Positions 29,577 to 38,285 of a stretch of 64,000 bases of DNA are shown here, piece by piece. The DNA comes from Candidatus Fervidifonticultor sextus (GTDB taxonomy: Bacteria > Sysuimicrobiota > Sysuimicrobiia > Sysuimicrobiales > Humicultoraceae). Within the stretch, counting starts at the first letter, position 1; every line of letters starts with the position of its first letter. The position numbers and the translations under genes were made by a program. Location: the NCBI GenBank assembly GCA_031459875.1, contig JAVKHQ010000004.1:1-64000 (forward strand), given 5' to 3'. The notes below the pieces were generated by a model that searched no databases, had not been told where the DNA came from, and was given only the letters and a program-made list of their open reading frames with translations.

Positions 29577-29813
29577 TCAGGGCGTCCAGCCCAGGAGGCG
29601 GATCAGGTTGGCGCGCAGGGAGTCCGGGGCGCGCTCCCCCCGACACTTCGCCTGGATGATCTGCCGCAGCCGGGCTTCGAAGTCGGCGTGGTCCCGGCAG
29701 TGGAGGCACCGTTCGATGTGGATGCGGAGATCCACATGCGACGCCTCGTCATCTTCGCCGTCCAGGTACGCCCAGAGGCGCTCGAGGACCTCGTTGCAGT
29801 CCATCTCACCCAT
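29577..29813 (-). CDS. Zinc-binding anti-sigma factor (RsrA/RshA-like)
   Basis: C..V...L.AYLDGE, HIERCLHC ZAS motif, ERAPDSLR. Confidence 0.9.
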   Translation of the reverse strand: MGEMDCNEVLERLWAYLDGEDDEASHVDLRIHIERCLHCRDHADFEARLRQIIQAKCRGERAPDSLRANLIRLLGWTP

Positions 29814-30459
29814 GGCGCGTCTCCGTCCCGGCGGGCGAGGCGGCTGCATCGCCGTGGCGGTAGCCGGCCCGCCTGGCGTAGTCCCACAGCAGCCGCTGCA
29901 GGTGCCGGCGGCCCCGGTACAGGCGCGACATCACCGTCCCGATGGGAACCCCCAAAATGTCGGCGATCTCCCGGTAGGAGAAGTCTTCCAGATCCGCCAG
30001 GATCACCGCGGCCCGGAAGGGCTCGGGCACCTGTTCCAGCGCCGCCTTGACGTCCGCGTCCATGATCGTGGAGAGCAGGATCTCCTCGGGGTCGCCGGCG
30101 CGGCGGTACTCGTCGCTCTCCTGCGCCTTGGCGTAGAGGTAGAAGTCGCCCACGTCCTCCTGGTCCACCATCTCGGGCTCGCGCGAGGCCCGCCGGTAGG
30201 TGTCGATGTAGGCGTTCATCAGGATCTTGTAGAGCCAGGCGCGGGCGTTGGTCCCGGCCTGGAAGGTGCCGAACGACCGCCAGGCCTTCAGGAAGGTCTC
30301 CTGGACCAGGTCCTCGGCGGCCGTCCGGTTGCGGGTCAGCCGCAGCGCCGAGCCGTAGAGGCTGTCCAGGTGCTCGTTGACCAGGGCCTCGAAGCGCGCG
30401 CGATCTTCGCTCGTCACGGCCACCTGCGGAGGTTCGCGGCTCACCACACGCGCTCCCAT
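29806..30459 (-). CDS. ECF sigma factor (SigR/SigH-like)
   Basis: AEDLVQETFLKAW, GTNARAWLYKIL, PIGTVMSRLYRGR; overlaps anti-sigma gene. Confidence 0.9.
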   Translation of the reverse strand: MGARVVSREPPQVAVTSEDRARFEALVNEHLDSLYGSALRLTRNRTAAEDLVQETFLKAWRSFGTFQAGTNARAWLYKILMNAYIDTYRRASREPEMVDQEDVGDFYLYAKAQESDEYRRAGDPEEILLSTIMDADVKAALEQVPEPFRAAVILADLEDFSYREIADILGVPIGTVMSRLYRGRRHLQRLLWDYARRAGYRHGDAAASPAGTETRHG

Positions 30460-30474
30460 GGGCTCCCTCCGGCG

Positions 30475-30500
30475 AACGGAGGGGCGGTTCAGCACATTCC
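30475..30500 (-). promoter_or_regulatory. SigR/SigH-type autoregulatory promoter GGAAT-N18-GTT
   Basis: GGAAT gtgctgaaccgcccctcc GTT immediately upstream of the sigma RBS/ATG. Confidence 0.75.
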
Positions 30501-30545
30501 CGGATCGCCTGCGCGTCCCGCGGCGCGGACGCGGACCGCACCGTC

Positions 30546-30977
30546 CTACCGCCGGGCGGCCGGCTGCCGTTCGCGCTGCGGACGCAGGTCGGCCAGCGTC
30601 AGCCGGTCGAGCACGCCCTCCGCCGCGGTCTGGACCGCGCGCCACACGGGACGCAGCCCGCACCCGGGGGCGTAGGCGCAGTCCGGATCTTCGACTTCCA
30701 CGCACCACCATGGTGCCGTCGACCCTTCCAGGACGCCGAAGGCCTCCCGCAGGGTGATCTCCGCTGGGGGCCGGGCCAGCGCGTGCCCTCCGGCCGGCCC
30801 GCGCTTGCTGGTGACCAGCCCGGCGTGCCGCAACGTCGCCATCAGCTGGTTCAGGTAAGGCTCGGGCAGCCCCTGCCGGCGCGCGATGGCCCGGGTGTGG
30901 ACCGGGCCCTCGCCATAGTGGGCGGCCAGATCCAGCAGGGCGCGGATCCCGTACTCCGCCCGGGTGGAGACCTTCAC
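30546..30977 (-). CDS. Rrf2-family regulator (IscR/CymR-like) with three Cys
   Basis: STRAEYGIRALLDLA, SKRGPAGG, C-x7-C-x5-C. Confidence 0.9.
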   Translation of the reverse strand: MKVSTRAEYGIRALLDLAAHYGEGPVHTRAIARRQGLPEPYLNQLMATLRHAGLVTSKRGPAGGHALARPPAEITLREAFGVLEGSTAPWWCVEVEDPDCAYAPGCGLRPVWRAVQTAAEGVLDRLTLADLRPQRERQPAARR

Positions 30978-31387
30978 ACCTCCACTAAATCCTCTTCGGT
31001 GACTGCCCCGTCCCTGATGCGGAATGCCCGCACCTCCACCTCGTGGTTGGCCGCGCCGGGTGAGCGCAACGAGAGGATCACATAGACCGCATCCGGATAA
31101 AACGCCCGGGCGACGTCGGTCCGCGACGGATAGGCCGGCGACTGCGTGTGCGAATGGTAGATCCCCACTAGTTCCAGGCCCTCAGCGTCCATCGTCTTGA
31201 AGAACTGCAGCTGCTCCTGCGGATCCAGGCGGTACGTAAAAGGGCTCTGATCGGCGTTGCGCCCCCGCAGCAGCCGCTCCACCCGACTCCCCCGCCCCGC
31301 GAGCAAACCGCAGCACTCATTGGGAAATTCCAGGCGGGCGTGATCGACCATGGCCTCTACCAGTGCCCGCGGCAATTCTAGACCCAT
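30974..31387 (-). CDS. mec: JAB/JAMM (M67) metallopeptidase, Mec-like CysO-cysteine peptidase
   Basis: PNECCGLL, YHSHTQSPAYPSRTD JAMM motif; next to cysM and cysO. Confidence 0.88.
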   Translation of the reverse strand: MGLELPRALVEAMVDHARLEFPNECCGLLAGRGSRVERLLRGRNADQSPFTYRLDPQEQLQFFKTMDAEGLELVGIYHSHTQSPAYPSRTDVARAFYPDAVYVILSLRSPGAANHEVEVRAFRIRDGAVTEEDLVEV

Positions 31388-31394
31388 CTACTCC

Positions 31395-31400
31395 ATTATA
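31395..31400 (-). promoter_or_regulatory. -10 element TATAAT 7 nt before the mec ATG (possible leaderless transcript)
   Basis: TGCTATATAATGGAGTAGATG. Confidence 0.55.
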
Positions 31401-31437
31401 TAGCATCGCGGACAGCCCGGCCTGATGCCGGTCAGCG

Positions 31438-32403
31438 TCAAGGGCCTCCGGGCGGGGAGGGCCGCCACACCGCAGTCGAGAGGTACCGGTCGCCGCCGTC
31501 GGGGAAGACCACCACCACGACGCCTTCCCGCAGGTCCCGGGCCACGCCCAGGGCCGCCGCCAGAGCCGCCCCGGACGAGGGACCGGCGAAGATCCCCTCC
31601 TCGGCCGCCAGCCGGCGCGTCAACCGGTAGGCCTCCTCGGTGGTCACCCGGATCGTCCGGTGCGCGACGGTGGGGTCATAGATCCCGGGCGTGATGGCCG
31701 TCGGCAGGTGCCTGAGACCCTCGATGCCGTGGAACCCGGAGTCCGGCTCGGCGGCCACGATCTCCACGGCCGGGTTGACCTCGCGCAACCGCCTCCCGCC
31801 TCCCACCAGCGTCCCCGTGGTCCCCAGCCCCGCCACGAAGTGCGTCACGCGGCCGTGCGTCTGCGACGCGATCTCCAGACCCGTGCCGTCGTAGTGCGCG
31901 CGCCAGTTGCTGGGGTTGTCGTACTGGTTCAGATAGAGGTAGCGGTCCGGGTGCGCCTGGGCCATGCGCTGCGCCTCCCGCATCGCGCCGTCCGATCCTT
32001 CCAGCGGGTCCGACAACACCAGGTCGGCCCCAAAGGCGCGCATGATGCCCTTGCGTTCCTCGCTGGCATGGCCCGGCACCACCAGCGTCACCCGGTAACC
32101 CTTGACCGCGCCGATCATGGCGTAGGCGATCCCCGCGTTCCCGCTGGTGGAGTCCAGGATCGTGCGGGGGGTCCTCCCCGGGCCGGGAAGCCGGCCGTCG
32201 CGCTCGGCGTCCTCGATGATGCGCAGGACCGGGCGGTCCTTCACCGATCCGCCAGGATTGAAACTCTCCAGTTTCGCATAGAGTTCCACCTGAGCGGGGA
32301 GGTTTCCGATGCGGCGGATCGGGACGAGCGGGGTGTTGCCAATGAGCGCCAGCAGACCCGTCCCGATCGGTGCAGACGGCCCCGGCATCATGCGGTAGGC
32401 CAT
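31438..32403 (-). CDS. cysM: PLP-dependent cysteine synthase, CysM/O-phosphoserine sulfhydrylase type
   Basis: IGNTPL, NPGGSVKDR, TSGNAG, HFVAGLGTTGTL, EGLRH, GPSSGA. Confidence 0.9.
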   Translation of the reverse strand: MAYRMMPGPSAPIGTGLLALIGNTPLVPIRRIGNLPAQVELYAKLESFNPGGSVKDRPVLRIIEDAERDGRLPGPGRTPRTILDSTSGNAGIAYAMIGAVKGYRVTLVVPGHASEERKGIMRAFGADLVLSDPLEGSDGAMREAQRMAQAHPDRYLYLNQYDNPSNWRAHYDGTGLEIASQTHGRVTHFVAGLGTTGTLVGGGRRLREVNPAVEIVAAEPDSGFHGIEGLRHLPTAITPGIYDPTVAHRTIRVTTEEAYRLTRRLAAEEGIFAGPSSGAALAAALGVARDLREGVVVVVFPDGGDRYLSTAVWRPSPPGGP

Positions 32404-33254
32404 CACTCGTCGTAGAGGACCGTGGGTTCCGGGTAGTGGCGGACGCGGTGTTCCAGCAGCCGCGCGCGGATCACCTGATCGAAACGCGCCTGTTTCACGG
32501 CGGTTGGCTCGGGACCGGCCAGTAGCGCCAGATCCACATTCACCCGCAGGGCGCGCTGAGGGATGATGTGGCGGCTGATGCCGCTGGGAAGTTTGACCGG
32601 GAGGCGCGCGATCGCGCGGATGTCGGCCTTGGTAAACCTCGGGAACAGCACGAGGGCCGCGGCCCGGCCGTACTCCTCGGCCAGCGCATGGAGGTCGGCA
32701 GATGGAACCCGGTAGATCGGCGTCCGGCCGACATACCGGGCGACCACCTCGCCCAGCGCCCGGACGCGGTCGGCAAACTCGCCGGCGACGCGCAGACCCC
32801 GAGCCGCCGCCGCGGTCACCAGGCCGCAGACGAGGGTGCCGTGCTCCAACTCCTCGCGCACGGCCTCTGGCGGCATCGTCTGCCACTGCGCCCCCACCAT
32901 CGCGTCACCCGCCACGAGCAGCCCGTCATCTTGCAACAGGTGGGCCCAGACATCCAGGCGGACCGCCTGATCGTCGTAGTCGACCACCTGGACGGCCTGA
33001 TGGGGGAGGCCGGCCTGCTGGAGGGCGGTGACGCGATTGGCGCCGTCCAGCACGACAAATGTCTGGGCATCCATCGGCGCCACAATGGGGGGATTGCGGA
33101 GGACGCCGTCGGCCGTCAGCGCCTTCGCCAGCCGCTCCACCCGGGCGGGGTCGCATGCTTCGTGGAGCAGCAGTGCTCCCGACGGCACGATGCGCAGGTC
33201 GGGCAGGCGCACGCCGCTGGCGACGCGCGCCTGATGGGGCTGCACCCGCGTCAT
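32403..33254 (-). CDS. ParB/Srx-fold protein, SbnI/SerK-like putative free L-serine kinase
   Basis: LRIVP...LLHE, GVLRNPPIV, VLDGANRVTAL, AVQ...WAH, C-terminal FPRFTK...LPSGISRHIIPQRALRVNVDL; no HTH. Confidence 0.75.
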   Translation of the reverse strand: MTRVQPHQARVASGVRLPDLRIVPSGALLLHEACDPARVERLAKALTADGVLRNPPIVAPMDAQTFVVLDGANRVTALQQAGLPHQAVQVVDYDDQAVRLDVWAHLLQDDGLLVAGDAMVGAQWQTMPPEAVREELEHGTLVCGLVTAAAARGLRVAGEFADRVRALGEVVARYVGRTPIYRVPSADLHALAEEYGRAAALVLFPRFTKADIRAIARLPVKLPSGISRHIIPQRALRVNVDLALLAGPEPTAVKQARFDQVIRARLLEHRVRHYPEPTVLYDE

Positions 33255-33547
33255 GGTCTCGGCCGGGCTGCAGCGATGCCGCCGGCCATGGCAGGGAGGA
33301 TGGCCACCTCGTCGGCAGGTGCCAGGGGCGTCTGCAACCCGTCGCGCTGGCGGATCTCCGTGGAATTGACAAAGACGTTGACGTAGGTGCGCAGCGATCC
33401 GGATTCGTCGAGCAGGTAGCTGCGCACGCCCGGGTGGGCGGCGTCGAGCCGGTCCAGCAACTCGCCGACCGTCGCCGCGTCGACCTGGAGGCGGGCCTGC
33501 CCGCCCGTCAGGCGCCGCAGCGGTGCGGGAATCAGCACGATCGCCAT
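33251..33547 (-). CDS. cysO: MoaD/ThiS-family sulfur carrier (CysO-like) with C-terminal extension
   Basis: IPAPLRRLTGG, YVNVFVN, LPAMAGG followed by IAAARPRP. Confidence 0.88.
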   Translation of the reverse strand: MAIVLIPAPLRRLTGGQARLQVDAATVGELLDRLDAAHPGVRSYLLDESGSLRTYVNVFVNSTEIRQRDGLQTPLAPADEVAILPAMAGGIAAARPRP

Positions 33548-33551
33548 GACG

Positions 33552-34280
33552 CTACGCCCCGGCCGACACCTGCTCCCGGGAGGCGGCCTCGACCGCCGAC
33601 AGCGCGGCGGCGACCGCCGGGAGGGACATGCGCTCCAGCGAAATTCGAAACGCGGCGGCGAACCGGGCCGCATACGCGCGGCGGACCTCGCCCAGGTCCA
33701 CGGCCCGACCCAGGACGGCGGCCATGGAGGTCACCGGCAGGCCGAGCCCGCACGGGTTGATCACGCGGTAGGCGTCGAGATCGGTGGTCACGTTCAGCGC
33801 GAACCCGTGCATCGTGACGCGGCGCTTGACGGCCACGCCCATCGCGGCGATCTTGGCGTCCCCCACCCAGACGCCGGGGTACCCCGGCCGCCGGCCGGCA
33901 GTGATGCCGAACCCGGCCAGGGTGTCGATTACCGTGCCTTCGAGGGTCCGCATGAACCGTCCGATGTCTTCGTCCAGACGGCAAAGATCCAGGATGGGAT
34001 AGCCGACCAGTTGCCCCGGCCCGTGGTAGGTCACGCTGCCGCCGCGCTCGACGTCGTACACTTCGATCCCCCAGTCGGCGAGCCGCTCGCGCGGGACCAG
34101 GAGGTGGGCGTCCTCCGCGCTGCGGCCCAGGGTGAGGACGGGCGCATGCTCCAGCAGGATGAGGACATCAGGAATGCGGTCGGCCTGCCGGGCCCGCACC
34201 AGCGCGCGCTGCAGGGCCCAGATCTCCGCATAGGGGCGGGGGCCGTCGTCCAGGTCGAGCAGCCAGGCCACGGACCTCAT
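33552..34280 (-). CDS. lipB: Lipoyl(octanoyl) transferase
   Basis: EHAPVLTLGR, RGGSVTYHGPGQLVGYPI, KIAAMG, HGFALN, INPCG. Confidence 0.95.
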   Translation of the reverse strand: MRSVAWLLDLDDGPRPYAEIWALQRALVRARQADRIPDVLILLEHAPVLTLGRSAEDAHLLVPRERLADWGIEVYDVERGGSVTYHGPGQLVGYPILDLCRLDEDIGRFMRTLEGTVIDTLAGFGITAGRRPGYPGVWVGDAKIAAMGVAVKRRVTMHGFALNVTTDLDAYRVINPCGLGLPVTSMAAVLGRAVDLGEVRRAYAARFAAAFRISLERMSLPAVAAALSAVEAASREQVSAGA

Positions 34281-35422
34281 GGCACCACCGTCTGGGCGCC
34301 TCCTGCCACCGGCACGGGACGTGGATCGTCCGCCCCGTCCTCTTCTGCGGGTACGGCCAGGCCGTCGCGGAAGCAGGCCAGCGGGTGACCGGGCACGATG
34401 CGCACGGCCACGCGGTCCCCGGGACCAAGGGTCGCCGTGTGGGGCTGCCGGCTGTGGACCACCCGGCCCGAGGGCAACTGCACCCGGTAGATGATCTCCG
34501 GACCGAGGAACAGCCGATCCAGGACCAGCCCCTGGCCGTCCGATGCGGGGGCGATGGCCACGTCGTCGGGCCGGACCAGCAGTTCGACGTCACCGTCGCC
34601 GCTGCCTTCCTGCAGCGCCAGCCGCTGCGGGACCAAGCCGGCCTCGGTCTCCAGGCCGCGCCGGGTCACGCGGGCCGGCAGGAAGTCGGCCCGCCCGAAG
34701 AAGGCGGCCACGAACCGCGTCCTCGGGGCATGGAAGATTCGCTCCGGGGTATCGACCTGCTCCAGGCGGCCCCGGTTGATGACGGCGACCCGGTCCCCAA
34801 GCAGCAGGGCTTCTTCCTGATCGTGCGTGACGAAGATCGCGCTCGTCCCGGTCGTCTTGAGGATGGCCCGGACATCCTGGCGCACCTGGCCGCGCAGGTC
34901 GGCATCCAGATTGGAGAACGGCTCGTCGAGCAGCACGGCGAAGGGCCGGGGCGCCAGCGCCCTGGCCAGCGCGACCCGCTGCTGCTGCCCCCCGGAGAGT
35001 TCGTGGGGATAGCGGGCCGCGAAGGCCTCCATGCCCACCAGGCGGAGGACCTCCTCCGTCCGCGGCGCGCGTTCCATCTGGAGCAGGCAGTGGAGTCCGA
35101 AGGCCACGTTCTCCGCCACCGTCAGGTGCGGGAACAGGGCGTAGTCCTGGAAGACCATCCCCACGCCCCGCGCTTCCGGCGGGATCCACTCGCCGCCGGC
35201 CACCTGGCGCCCGGCGATCCAGATCTGCCCGGCGTCGGGCCGCTCGAACCCGGCCACCAGCCGCAGCACGGTCGTCTTGCCGCTGCCGCTGGGGCCGAGC
35301 AGCGCCAGGATCTCGCCCTCGTCCACCTCGAGGGACAATTGGTCCACCGCCGGTGTACCGTCGAAGCGGCGCACGACCCCGCGCAAGACCACGACCGGCC
35401 GCCGGGACGTCTGCACGGTCAT
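34277..35422 (-). CDS. Fe(III) ABC transporter ATP-binding protein (FbpC-like)
   Basis: GPSGSGKT, FQDYALFPH, LSGGQQQRVALARAL, TOBE domain. Confidence 0.9.
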   Translation of the reverse strand: MTVQTSRRPVVVLRGVVRRFDGTPAVDQLSLEVDEGEILALLGPSGSGKTTVLRLVAGFERPDAGQIWIAGRQVAGGEWIPPEARGVGMVFQDYALFPHLTVAENVAFGLHCLLQMERAPRTEEVLRLVGMEAFAARYPHELSGGQQQRVALARALAPRPFAVLLDEPFSNLDADLRGQVRQDVRAILKTTGTSAIFVTHDQEEALLLGDRVAVINRGRLEQVDTPERIFHAPRTRFVAAFFGRADFLPARVTRRGLETEAGLVPQRLALQEGSGDGDVELLVRPDDVAIAPASDGQGLVLDRLFLGPEIIYRVQLPSGRVVHSRQPHTATLGPGDRVAVRIVPGHPLACFRDGLAVPAEEDGADDPRPVPVAGGAQTVVP

Positions 35423-37053
35423 GCGACCTCCAGTCCCCTGGCCCGCTCGCTGCGGAGCAGCATGGCCAGGGGCAACGCGGCGCAGGCAATCAGCAGCAGA
35501 CTCGGGAGCGCCGCCTGCGTGTAGATGCCGTCGGTGGCCGACAGCCAGGTCCGCACGGGAAGCGTATCAAAGCCGGCAGGCCGCAACAAGAGATTGATCG
35601 GGAGGTCCTTGAGCACGTTGAGGAAGACCAGGGCCCACCCGGCGATCACGCTGGGGCGCAACAGCGGCAGGTCCACGCGCAGGAAGGCCCGCACCGGGCG
35701 CTCGCCCAGACCCCGCGCCGCTTCGCCCAGCCGCTGCGGGATCTGCAGAAGGCCGGTCTCCACCGCCCGCAGTCCCTGGGCCATGTAGCGCACCATGAAG
35801 GCGCCGATCATGACCGGCAGGGTGCCGTACAGCCACGGCGCCACCGTGTTGGTCAAAAACGCCACTCCCAGGACGATGACGATCCCCGGCAGCGCATAGC
35901 CGGCCTGTCCCAGGGCCCAGATGGCCCAGGCCGGCCAGCCCGGCGACCGGACGCGCAGGTAGGCCGGCGGGACGGCCAGGCCCACGATGACCGTGGACGC
36001 CAGCACCCCCAGCAGCAGGCTCTCGCCGGCGGCCTTCCACGGGCTGGGCGTGCTCGCTGCCCACAGCCGCTCCGCGCCGGATGGACGCACCGCGCCGGCG
36101 TACGCCCAGCTCCCCAGCAGGATCACCGGGAGGACGAGGGCCAGGACGACGGCCGCCGCGACCGTGGCCAGCGCTGCGAGGCGGTAGCGACCGAGCCGGA
36201 CCGCCTCCGGCGGCCTCCACGACGCATCGCTCTGGTGGTATCGGGCGCGGCCGCGCAGCCGGGCTTCCAGCGCCAGGAACGCCAGGACCAGCAGGATGGC
36301 CGCCGTCCCCAGGGCGGCCGCCGCCGGACGCCGGTAGAACGCGGTGAGCTGGTAGTACAACTCGGTCGCCAGCGTGTCGTACCGCAGCAGCACCACGGTG
36401 CCGAAATCGGCCAGCGCGTACAGCGCGGGGAAGAACAGGCCGGCGCCGATCGCCGGTCGGATCAGCGGCAGCGTCACCGTCCAGAAGATCCGCCCCGACG
36501 ACAGCCCGCTGGCTCGGGCGACCTCGTCCAGGCTGCGGCTGACCCGCCGCAGCGCCGCCGAGGTGAGCAGGAAGCTGTAGGGGTACGTGTAGAGGGCGAT
36601 GACGAAGGCGGAACCGGTCAGGCCGTGGGGCGGCAGGGCCAGGCCGATCAGGCGATCGAGGATCCCACCCCGGCTCAGCAGGTGCAGGTAGACGATGGCG
36701 CCGATGTAGGGCGGAATGGCCAGCGGCAGCGCGAGGGCGATCCTCCAGGCGGCGCGCCACGGCAGGTCCGTCCGCTCCACGAGAAACGCGAGCCCCGCGC
36801 CCATCGCGGCGGAGCCGACGCTGGAGACCGCGGCCAGCGCCAGTGTCGAGACCAGGAGGGTCATCGTCTGCGAGCCGGACAGGGTGAGCAGGGTCTCGCG
36901 GCCGTCCAGCAGCGCGCGGGCCACGAGGAAAACCATGGGGCCGGCGATCACCGCGGCCACCGCAGCCGACGGTACCAGCAGGGCCCACGGCACCGGCCGG
37001 CGGCCGGACCGCCACAGCGCACGGACGGCGATGCTGGCGCTACCTGAACGCAC
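35419..37053 (-). CDS. Fe(III) ABC transporter permease (FbpB-like)
   Basis: Two permease repeats, LPLAIPPY, EAARGLG, LLRPAGFDTL. Confidence 0.9.
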   Translation of the reverse strand: MRSGSASIAVRALWRSGRRPVPWALLVPSAAVAAVIAGPMVFLVARALLDGRETLLTLSGSQTMTLLVSTLALAAVSSVGSAAMGAGLAFLVERTDLPWRAAWRIALALPLAIPPYIGAIVYLHLLSRGGILDRLIGLALPPHGLTGSAFVIALYTYPYSFLLTSAALRRVSRSLDEVARASGLSSGRIFWTVTLPLIRPAIGAGLFFPALYALADFGTVVLLRYDTLATELYYQLTAFYRRPAAAALGTAAILLVLAFLALEARLRGRARYHQSDASWRPPEAVRLGRYRLAALATVAAAVVLALVLPVILLGSWAYAGAVRPSGAERLWAASTPSPWKAAGESLLLGVLASTVIVGLAVPPAYLRVRSPGWPAWAIWALGQAGYALPGIVIVLGVAFLTNTVAPWLYGTLPVMIGAFMVRYMAQGLRAVETGLLQIPQRLGEAARGLGERPVRAFLRVDLPLLRPSVIAGWALVFLNVLKDLPINLLLRPAGFDTLPVRTWLSATDGIYTQAALPSLLLIACAALPLAMLLRSERARGLEVA

Positions 37054-38098
37054 CCTCGCGGATCAACCGGAGCGTCCCGTCGCGGAGTTCACCCAACTGC
37101 TGGTAGGTGACCGCCATGCGCTTCACGCGATCCAGCGGCCGCACATCGGGGTGCAGCGGCACGCCCGGGAGGATCGGATACTCGAAGTTGGCCATCGCGT
37201 AGAACTCCTGGGCGCGCCGGTCGCCGGCCAGGAAGTCTATAAACCGCCTGGCCATCGCCGGATTGGGGGCACCCATGACGATGGCGATCCCCGACGGCGA
37301 GACCAGAACGCCCATCCCGTCCGGTCCCTGGTCTGGGTAGACGACCTCAAGATTCCGGCTGCCCTCGGCGATCTGGAGGTGGTAGTAGTAGTGGTTGGCG
37401 ATCCCGACCGCGGCCTCACCGCGGGCCACGGCCTGACGCACCTGCGTCCCGCTGGCGACCAGGGTGGGACGGTTGTCCCGGAGGCGCCGGAAGAACTCTT
37501 CCGTCCAGCCGTCGCCCCGCACCAGCCGCAATGCCGACAGCCAGGCGACGATGTACTCGTTGGTGAAGACGGGCATGACCACGCGGCCGCGCCAGGGTGG
37601 TGCGGCCAGGTCCGCCATGGAAGCCGGCACCGGCAGTCCCCACTCCGACAGGCGCTCGCGATTCGCCATGATCACGTGCGCGCGCAGCGAGAGGCCGATC
37701 CAGGTGCCATCGTGGGCCCGGAACTCGCGGGGGATCGCTCGGACGACCGCGCCCAGGTAGGGCTGGAGGACCCCCTCCCGCCTCAGCACCTCCAGGACCG
37801 ACACCTCGTTGGAAATGAGGACGTCGGCCCGCGGTCGTCCCCGTTCCTCCAGCACGAGGTTCGCCAGTTCCCCGATGCCGCCGGAGCGCACCGTGACCTG
37901 AATGCCGGTGGCCCGGCGGAACCGCTCGATCACCGGCAGGATCAGCGGCTCCCTCCGACCGGAGTACACCACCAGGGCCGGCGACTGGGCGGACGCCGGC
38001 ACGAGCGCTGTTGCGATGATCCCGCCCAGGAGGACGATGATCCCGTCCAGGAGGACCAGAATCGCCACCGCGCGGAGGAGCCGAGAATGCATCGCCAT
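37040..38098 (-). CDS. Fe(III) ABC transporter substrate-binding protein (FbpA/FutA-like)
   Basis: LVVYSGR, ANHYYY, NFEYP. Confidence 0.88.
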   Translation of the reverse strand: MAMHSRLLRAVAILVLLDGIIVLLGGIIATALVPASAQSPALVVYSGRREPLILPVIERFRRATGIQVTVRSGGIGELANLVLEERGRPRADVLISNEVSVLEVLRREGVLQPYLGAVVRAIPREFRAHDGTWIGLSLRAHVIMANRERLSEWGLPVPASMADLAAPPWRGRVVMPVFTNEYIVAWLSALRLVRGDGWTEEFFRRLRDNRPTLVASGTQVRQAVARGEAAVGIANHYYYHLQIAEGSRNLEVVYPDQGPDGMGVLVSPSGIAIVMGAPNPAMARRFIDFLAGDRRAQEFYAMANFEYPILPGVPLHPDVRPLDRVKRMAVTYQQLGELRDGTLRLIREGAFR

Positions 38099-38136
38099 CT
38101 CCCCGAGGCCCGAGGCTCCGTGCCTTGTGGACCGTC

Positions 38137-38155
38137 GCCAGTTAGGCTATCCTTA
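38137..38155. promoter_or_regulatory. DtxR/IdeR-type operator
   Basis: GCCAGTTAGGCTATCCTTA matches TWAGGTWAGSCTWACCTWA at 14/19, between the iron ABC operon and divergent fur-dtxR. Confidence 0.6.
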
Positions 38156-38285
38156 TTCCTGACTTAAGGCAATCCATTCTCCGCCCGATGCGAGGCATCA
38201 CGCGGCACGGAGGGCCCCAATCGCCTGCAGGACGGCCCGGGGTCGGGCGGTCCTGACATAACGAACAATCGGTGTTAGATGCCAG

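Noticed and set aside
32403..33254. ParB as a chromosome-partition or anti-phage protein
   Set aside because: No HTH, no parA or defence neighbours; motifs and context fit SbnI/SerK better.
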